From Nitrospirota bacterium (GTDB taxonomy: Bacteria > Nitrospirota > Nitrospiria > Nitrospirales > Nitrospiraceae): a stretch of DNA of 64,000 nucleotides. The DNA lies in contig JBDTSF010000178.1 in the NCBI GenBank assembly GCA_039931295.1, forward strand, positions 352 through 64,351, read 5' to 3'. Below, piece by piece: positions 59,968-64,000 of this stretch (position 1 is the first letter of the stretch; each line of letters starts with the position of its first letter). Under the pieces are notes generated by a model. It saw nothing but the letters and a program-made list of their open reading frames with translations. It ran no database searches and was not told where the DNA came from. The position numbers and the translations under genes were made by a program.

Positions 59968-60579
59968 CTACTGTTTTCGAAGCACCGGATATCCGAACGA
60001 GTATATCCACTTGTCGGCGTCAACAGCATTGCGCGGGGCGAGTTCCCTCGCAGGCATATGACAGGGGATACAATCTGTCTTGTAGTTTTTTGAGGCGGTG
60101 TGTGTGAGATCGTCGGCATTAAACAGCGACCACGCCCAGCCATCGCCCCACAGGCTGGATTCCTTGTACCGACCCTTGGTGTCCCTGATCAATACGAACC
60201 ATCCTTTGATTGTCGTCCCATGACCGACTGCAGGCCCTGTGGTCATCGCCATGGTTTCGGCATTGAGGAGTTCCTTGACCAGCACCGCGCCGTCCGGAAA
60301 CCGACGATGCGTACGATAGTAGGCAATGGTTTCCGGTTGGGTGTAGACGACATGGTACTCGTGCACACCGGGGCCCATCTTCTCGAGCTGCTCTCCCGTG
60401 TGTGCGTGCGCCCATGTGCCAAGCGTGGGCCATTCGGTGTAGCCCTCAGGAACCCTGATGGCGCCGGTGTTTACGTCGACATTGGGCGCAAAGGGTTTCT
60501 CCTCCCTGGCCATCACTCCTCCTGCCAGGCCCAACGCGGCCAGTATTAAAACAAATGCTGTGAGCGTTCCGTGTTTCAT
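59968..60579 (-). CDS. Cytochrome P460 / c'-beta family haem protein
   Basis: Signal peptide ...GGVMA and a single C-terminal CIPCH haem site preceded by WAWSLFNADD, the layout typical of the P460 fold. ATG 60579 is preferred over 60600. Confidence 0.7.
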   Translation of the reverse strand: MKHGTLTAFVLILAALGLAGGVMAREEKPFAPNVDVNTGAIRVPEGYTEWPTLGTWAHAHTGEQLEKMGPGVHEYHVVYTQPETIAYYRTHRRFPDGAVLVKELLNAETMAMTTGPAVGHGTTIKGWFVLIRDTKGRYKESSLWGDGWAWSLFNADDLTHTASKNYKTDCIPCHMPARELAPRNAVDADKWIYSFGYPVLRKQ

Positions 60580-60610
60580 CTGTGTTTCCTTGCCTCCCAT
60601 ATTGCGGTCA

Positions 60611-60644
60611 GGAAAATACGGCCCGCCGCTGCGGAGCGGCGGGC
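60611..60644 (-). terminator. Rho-independent terminator after YHS paralog 2
   Basis: Minus strand GCCCGCCGCT-CCGC-AGCGGCGGGC followed by CGTATTTTCC. Ends about 31 nt before the P460 ATG. Confidence 0.7.
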
Positions 60645-60658
60645 TTCCCCGTCATTCT

Positions 60659-61120
60659 TTATAGATCAGACGGCGCCTTCTCCTTGATCTCGATCCAATT
60701 TACATCGGCCTTCTTGATGTAGTTGGGGATGTCCTTACCCCATTTCTGCTGAATGCCCTTGTCCAGGTTCAGATAGAGCTTGCCCTGGACGATCTTCCAC
60801 ACCTCAGGGTCTGCAACGAACTTTTTACCCACTGCCACGCCGTAAGCACAGTAGCCGCCGTAGGCTGGAAGATATTTCTGTGGGTTAGCCTCGAACATCT
60901 TTCGGTGTTCGGCATTGGCGAAGACGTAAGTCACACCGTCAACGACGGTGACGTGATAGCCGCTCCCTCGCTCCGGCTTGCCCTCGGTGAAATACGCCAC
61001 CGGGTCATATCCGCTAATGCCTGGCGTGCTGTGACTGAACTCTTCTACAAAGGCGGATGCTGAGACAACGCTCGCGACCAAGACCATGATGGCCAGAAGG
61101 AATCTAGTTGCAATGTTCAT
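60659..61120 (-). CDS. Exported YHS-domain protein, paralog 2
   Basis: Signal peptide ...VVSASA. ISGYDPVAYF, PAYGGYCAYGVAVG and GKLYLN motifs. ATG 61120 is preceded by AAGGGAG. Confidence 0.75.
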   Translation of the reverse strand: MNIATRFLLAIMVLVASVVSASAFVEEFSHSTPGISGYDPVAYFTEGKPERGSGYHVTVVDGVTYVFANAEHRKMFEANPQKYLPAYGGYCAYGVAVGKKFVADPEVWKIVQGKLYLNLDKGIQQKWGKDIPNYIKKADVNWIEIKEKAPSDL

Positions 61121-61481
61121 GACATGCTCCCTTATCGATGTGATGGCACCTATCTGCATCCCCTGTCGCACGGCCTACCGGACCTCTGCACGCCTCCCTT
61201 CTTCACGGCACTCTGACGTTGATGGCCAAGGCAGTAACTTGCTGCTGTGAAGTCGGTTCTGGACCCCGAACCTTACAGTCCGTGGAGCCTCATCGTGACT
61301 CCTCAGATAGGGCTGTGAGACTTCTCGAACAGCCGAGCCGCGTGAAGGTGCGCCATCATCTACAATCGTGCAGAAAAGAAGAGACATCCCTAGGCATTGA
61401 CGAAGAAGCTGCGTTCTCGCCCGATGCAGGCAGTACTCCAAGTGAGGGGACACCCTTGGTGTCTCTCCCTCCGCGGCTTTC

Positions 61482-62210
61482 TTACGCGACCCTCTTCCGA
61501 CCCTCCAGCGTGCGCTCCACAGCGGCACGCACTCGCTCTCGAGCCCGGTGGAGCCGGACGTACAAATTGGTTTCGGTAATCTTCAACAGCTCGCAGACTT
61601 CCTTGACCTCAACACCTTCTACACCGCGGAGAATCAACACGTCTTTCAAGGTCGTCGGCAGGGCATCGACCGCATGCTGCATCGCCTGGACCGCCTGCCG
61701 GCTCGCCAGCAATTTCTCCGGGGTCTGATCGTCCCACGGTTGCGGCGGAAAGGCCCAATGCCCCGCCCATTCGCCGCTCTGATGGAAGCGGGACGGATCG
61801 ATTGCTTCGTCGTTGTCGTCATCGTAAGACTCAAAGGCCGAGAAGGTCGTATGCCGTTTCTCGCGCACACCGCGATCCTTGGCCTTATGGATGAGAATCC
61901 CGCAGACCCAGGTGCGAAGGGACGACCGGCCTTCGAACCGATTCAGGCTTTCGATCACTGCCATCCAGGTGTCCTGCACGACCTCTTCAGCCACTTCCCG
62001 ATCAGCCACATAGCCCATAGTCATTCGAACGAGCGTGCTGTGGTGCTGATTCACCAGTTCATCGAAGGCCCCTTCGTCACCGCGCCTCAGCCTCGAAAGG
62101 AGTGTGTCCTCGGCCCTCGTGGGACCGGGAGACTTGAGCGCCGTCGAGCACCCACTGATCGATGGGCTGTGACCAATGGACTCCATATAGGTGCTGGCGT
62201 CTGCGTTCAT
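61482..62210 (-). CDS. ECF-type RNA polymerase sigma factor with a long sigma2-sigma4 linker
   Basis: Region 2 (FDELVNQHHSTLVRMTMGYV...AEEVVQDTWMAV) and region 4 (VLILRGVEGVEVKEVCELLKITETNLYVRLHRARERV). About 60-aa acidic/Trp-rich linker. The start overlaps the STAS stop (ATGA). No anti-sigma ORF lies downstream. Confidence 0.85.
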   Translation of the reverse strand: MNADASTYMESIGHSPSISGCSTALKSPGPTRAEDTLLSRLRRGDEGAFDELVNQHHSTLVRMTMGYVADREVAEEVVQDTWMAVIESLNRFEGRSSLRTWVCGILIHKAKDRGVREKRHTTFSAFESYDDDNDEAIDPSRFHQSGEWAGHWAFPPQPWDDQTPEKLLASRQAVQAMQHAVDALPTTLKDVLILRGVEGVEVKEVCELLKITETNLYVRLHRARERVRAAVERTLEGRKRVA

Positions 62211-62479
62211 GACCGGCCTCCAATTCGTAGCAACTCCGTGACAAAGACTGGAGCGCTCATAAGGGTGACTTGTGATTGGGGGAAGTTATTCAGGACCTCC
62301 ACCCCTTTGGCATCGATGAAGTCGACATGGGAACAATCCAGATGCACAGCTTTCTCCTGTCGAAGATACGACCGACATTCACCATCCAGGAGAGCGGCCC
62401 ACTGATCCGTGATTTTTCCTTCGAGCTTGATAAGCACGTCGCGTCTGCTTTCTTGAACTTTTGTAATCTTGAGCATCAT
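62207..62479 (-). CDS. STAS-domain protein (anti-sigma-antagonist fold), apparently non-phosphorylatable
   Basis: About 90 aa from MMLKITKV (AAGGGAG before the ATG). LDCSHVDFIDAKGVEVL corresponds to the STAS DLS.V.FiDSsG segment, with Ala in place of the phospho-Ser. Confidence 0.6.
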   Translation of the reverse strand: MMLKITKVQESRRDVLIKLEGKITDQWAALLDGECRSYLRQEKAVHLDCSHVDFIDAKGVEVLNNFPQSQVTLMSAPVFVTELLRIGGRS

Positions 62480-62518
62480 CTCTATCGCTCCCTTGTGTTC
62501 ATCTGATGACCGGGTATT

Positions 62519-62536
62519 CAGCAACAGCGATGCCAG
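62519..62536 (-). promoter_or_regulatory. Sigma-54 (-24/-12) promoter upstream of the STAS-ECF pair
   Basis: Minus strand CTGGCAT-CGCTG-TTGCTG, i.e. TGGCAT-N5-TTGCT against the consensus TGGCAC-N5-TTGC(A/T). About 40 nt upstream of the STAS ATG and directly downstream of a sigma-54 activator gene. Confidence 0.6.
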
Positions 62537-62644
62537 ACTAATTGCGTGGCAGACAGAACAGCGTAAGTATTTGATGTGGAAAGATGAGGTGAGGAGTTTT
62601 CAAGATGGAGACGCAGGGAGCCAACAGGAATAAATTCCTAACAT

Positions 62645-62670
62645 ATTGGGAGCGTCCCAATTAGTTGGGA
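62645..62670. promoter_or_regulatory. Candidate enhancer (UAS) for the sigma-54 activator
   Basis: Palindrome ATTGGGA-GCG-TCCCAAT (62645-62661) plus a third TTGGGA half-site (62665-62670), about 110-135 bp upstream of the -24 element. Confidence 0.3.
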
Positions 62671-62761
62671 ACTTTCGATAGGAAAAGAGCGAATGGCGTA
62701 TGGCTGATAGCAGGGAGGAAGTAGAGAAGTGGGAATGCGCGGTGAGAACGCTCAGTGCATG

Positions 62762-64000
62762 TTACCTCTCACGTTTCACCCGCGTAATCCCGAGCTTCTT
62801 CATACGGGCTTCGAGTGTCGTGGCATTGAGGCCGAGGATTTTGGCTGCGCCTTTCTCGCCGCTGACGCGCCAGTTGGTCTGTTCCAGCACATCGACGATA
62901 TGCTGGCGTTCCATCTCTTCCAAGGTTGGCGTCTTGCCCACGCCGGCCTTGCCGGGGGATTGCGAGAGCCAGTCGATTGGTTCCAGTTCAGGCCCCTCGC
63001 TCAAGATTATGGCACGTTCGATCACATGTTCCAGCTCGCGGATGTTCCCCGGCCATGGATAGCGCTGAAGCGCCGTCATCATCTGTTCCGGAATCCGATC
63101 GATCTTCTTCCCGAGGTTTGCCGCAAATTTACGCACGAAGTATTGCACCAGCAAGGGGATATCGTCCGCTCGCTCGCGCAACGCCGGGAGGTGGATCGGG
63201 AATACGTTCAGACGGTAATACAAATCAGGGCGATAGTGACCGGTCTTCGATTGTTGTTCGAGGTCCCGGTTTGTGGCAGCAATCACCCGCACGTTGACTT
63301 TGAACGTCTGCGTCCCGCCCACCCGCTCGAACTCCCCTTCTTGCAACACGCGCAGCAACTTGGATTGCAGATCGAGCGGCAGCTCCCCGATTTCGTCAAG
63401 AAAGATAGTTCCCTTGTCGGCCAGCTCAAAGCGGCCCATCTTTTTCGCAAGCGCACCGGTGAAGGCACCCTTTTCGTGACCGAACAGTTCGCTTTCGATC
63501 AAGCCGGCTGGAATGGCTGCGCAGTTGACTTTGACGAGGGGGCGATCCTTCCGCTGGCTCAGATTATGGATGGCGCGCGCAATCAGCTCCTTCCCTGTGC
63601 CGGTCTCGCCGGTAAGGAGCACGGTCGAGTCAGTCGGGGCTACCCGTTCGACGTTCTTGAGCACCTTTTTCAACGAGGTCGAACCACCGATCAACTCTTC
63701 GAAGTTGTGGGTGCCCTTGATTTCCTCTTGCAAATAGACGTTCTGGGCCTCAAGCCGAGCCTTCTCCTGCTCCATCAACACTTGCTCGGTAATGTCGAGG
63801 AACATCGTGCGCGTGTAGGTGCCGCCGGGATCGGGCCGCGACCACCACTTCATCCAGAGCGGTTTGCCGTTATCTTTGCGCCGCAGTTCCAGTACCACGC
63901 CGCTGGTGTCGATGCCCTTACCAACCGAGGCAAACGCCTCTTTCAGGCGCCGTTGTGCGTCGGGTGTATTGGGAACGAAATCCCTGCCGTAGAGGCCGTT
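62762..64000 (-). CDS. Sigma-54-dependent Fis-family transcriptional activator with PAS sensor (5' end outside the window)
   Basis: AAA+ core (GETGTGKE, GAFTGA, ELFGHEKGAFTGA), C-terminal HTH (AAKILGLNATTLEARMKKLGI) and a PAS-like segment upstream. The reading frame stays open from 63898 to the window edge. Confidence 0.9.
   Translation of the reverse strand, partial: NGLYGRDFVPNTPDAQRRLKEAFASVGKGIDTSGVVLELRRKDNGKPLWMKWWSRPDPGGTYTRTMFLDITEQVLMEQEKARLEAQNVYLQEEIKGTHNFEELIGGSTSLKKVLKNVERVAPTDSTVLLTGETGTGKELIARAIHNLSQRKDRPLVKVNCAAIPAGLIESELFGHEKGAFTGALAKKMGRFELADKGTIFLDEIGELPLDLQSKLLRVLQEGEFERVGGTQTFKVNVRVIAATNRDLEQQSKTGHYRPDLYYRLNVFPIHLPALRERADDIPLLVQYFVRKFAANLGKKIDRIPEQMMTALQRYPWPGNIRELEHVIERAIILSEGPELEPIDWLSQSPGKAGVGKTPTLEEMERQHIVDVLEQTNWRVSGEKGAAKILGLNATTLEARMKKLGITRVKRER

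Noticed and set aside
61548-62405. 285-aa plus-strand ORF
   Set aside because: Antisense to the ECF sigma and STAS genes, whose motifs are clear on the minus strand.

Overview
64-kb chromosomal segment from a GC-rich, diderm-type bacterium. Gene content, gene order and a recurrent intergenic repeat suggest a Nitrospira-like (Nitrospirota) genome, but I cannot verify that without a database search. About 62 protein genes are callable, and most are housekeeping. In order: (i) 1-17 kb, an iron block: fur, a Fe(3+) ABC importer, exbB-exbD-tonB, apbE, a Fur-box-controlled small Zn-ribbon ORF plus a porin-like outer-membrane protein, a lipoprotein / FMN-binding protein / membrane protein trio, an HD-GYP plus di-haem peroxidase pair, and bacterioferritin. 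(ii) 17-31 kb: topA, dprA, rng, rodA-mrdA-mreDCB, queA, spoIID-like. (iii) 32-43 kb: asd, leuB, leuA, pssA, psd, ilvCNB. (iv) 43-55 kb: rnpB, a tRNA-CAT, rpoD-dnaG and a his operon. (v) 55.7-64 kb, an accessory same-strand cluster of exported proteins: a Mo-oxidoreductase, cytochrome b, a 25%-Met repeat peptide, two YHS-domain paralogs, cytochrome P460 and an alpha/beta hydrolase. This cluster sits downstream of a sigma-54 activator, a sigma-54 promoter and a STAS-ECF sigma pair. Non-coding highlights: eight copies of an ERIC/MITE-like imperfect-palindrome repeat, a textbook T-box leader (probably Leu) in front of leuA, RNase P RNA, a good Fur box and several intrinsic terminators. The best candidates for something new are the sigma-54 > STAS-ECF > periplasmic Met-rich-peptide/Mo-enzyme island and the Fur-controlled ApbE/FMN-binding/porin locus. 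No CRISPR array, prophage, integrase or recognisable defence system was seen. All start codons, RNA ends and motif calls were made by eye and should be treated as approximate.
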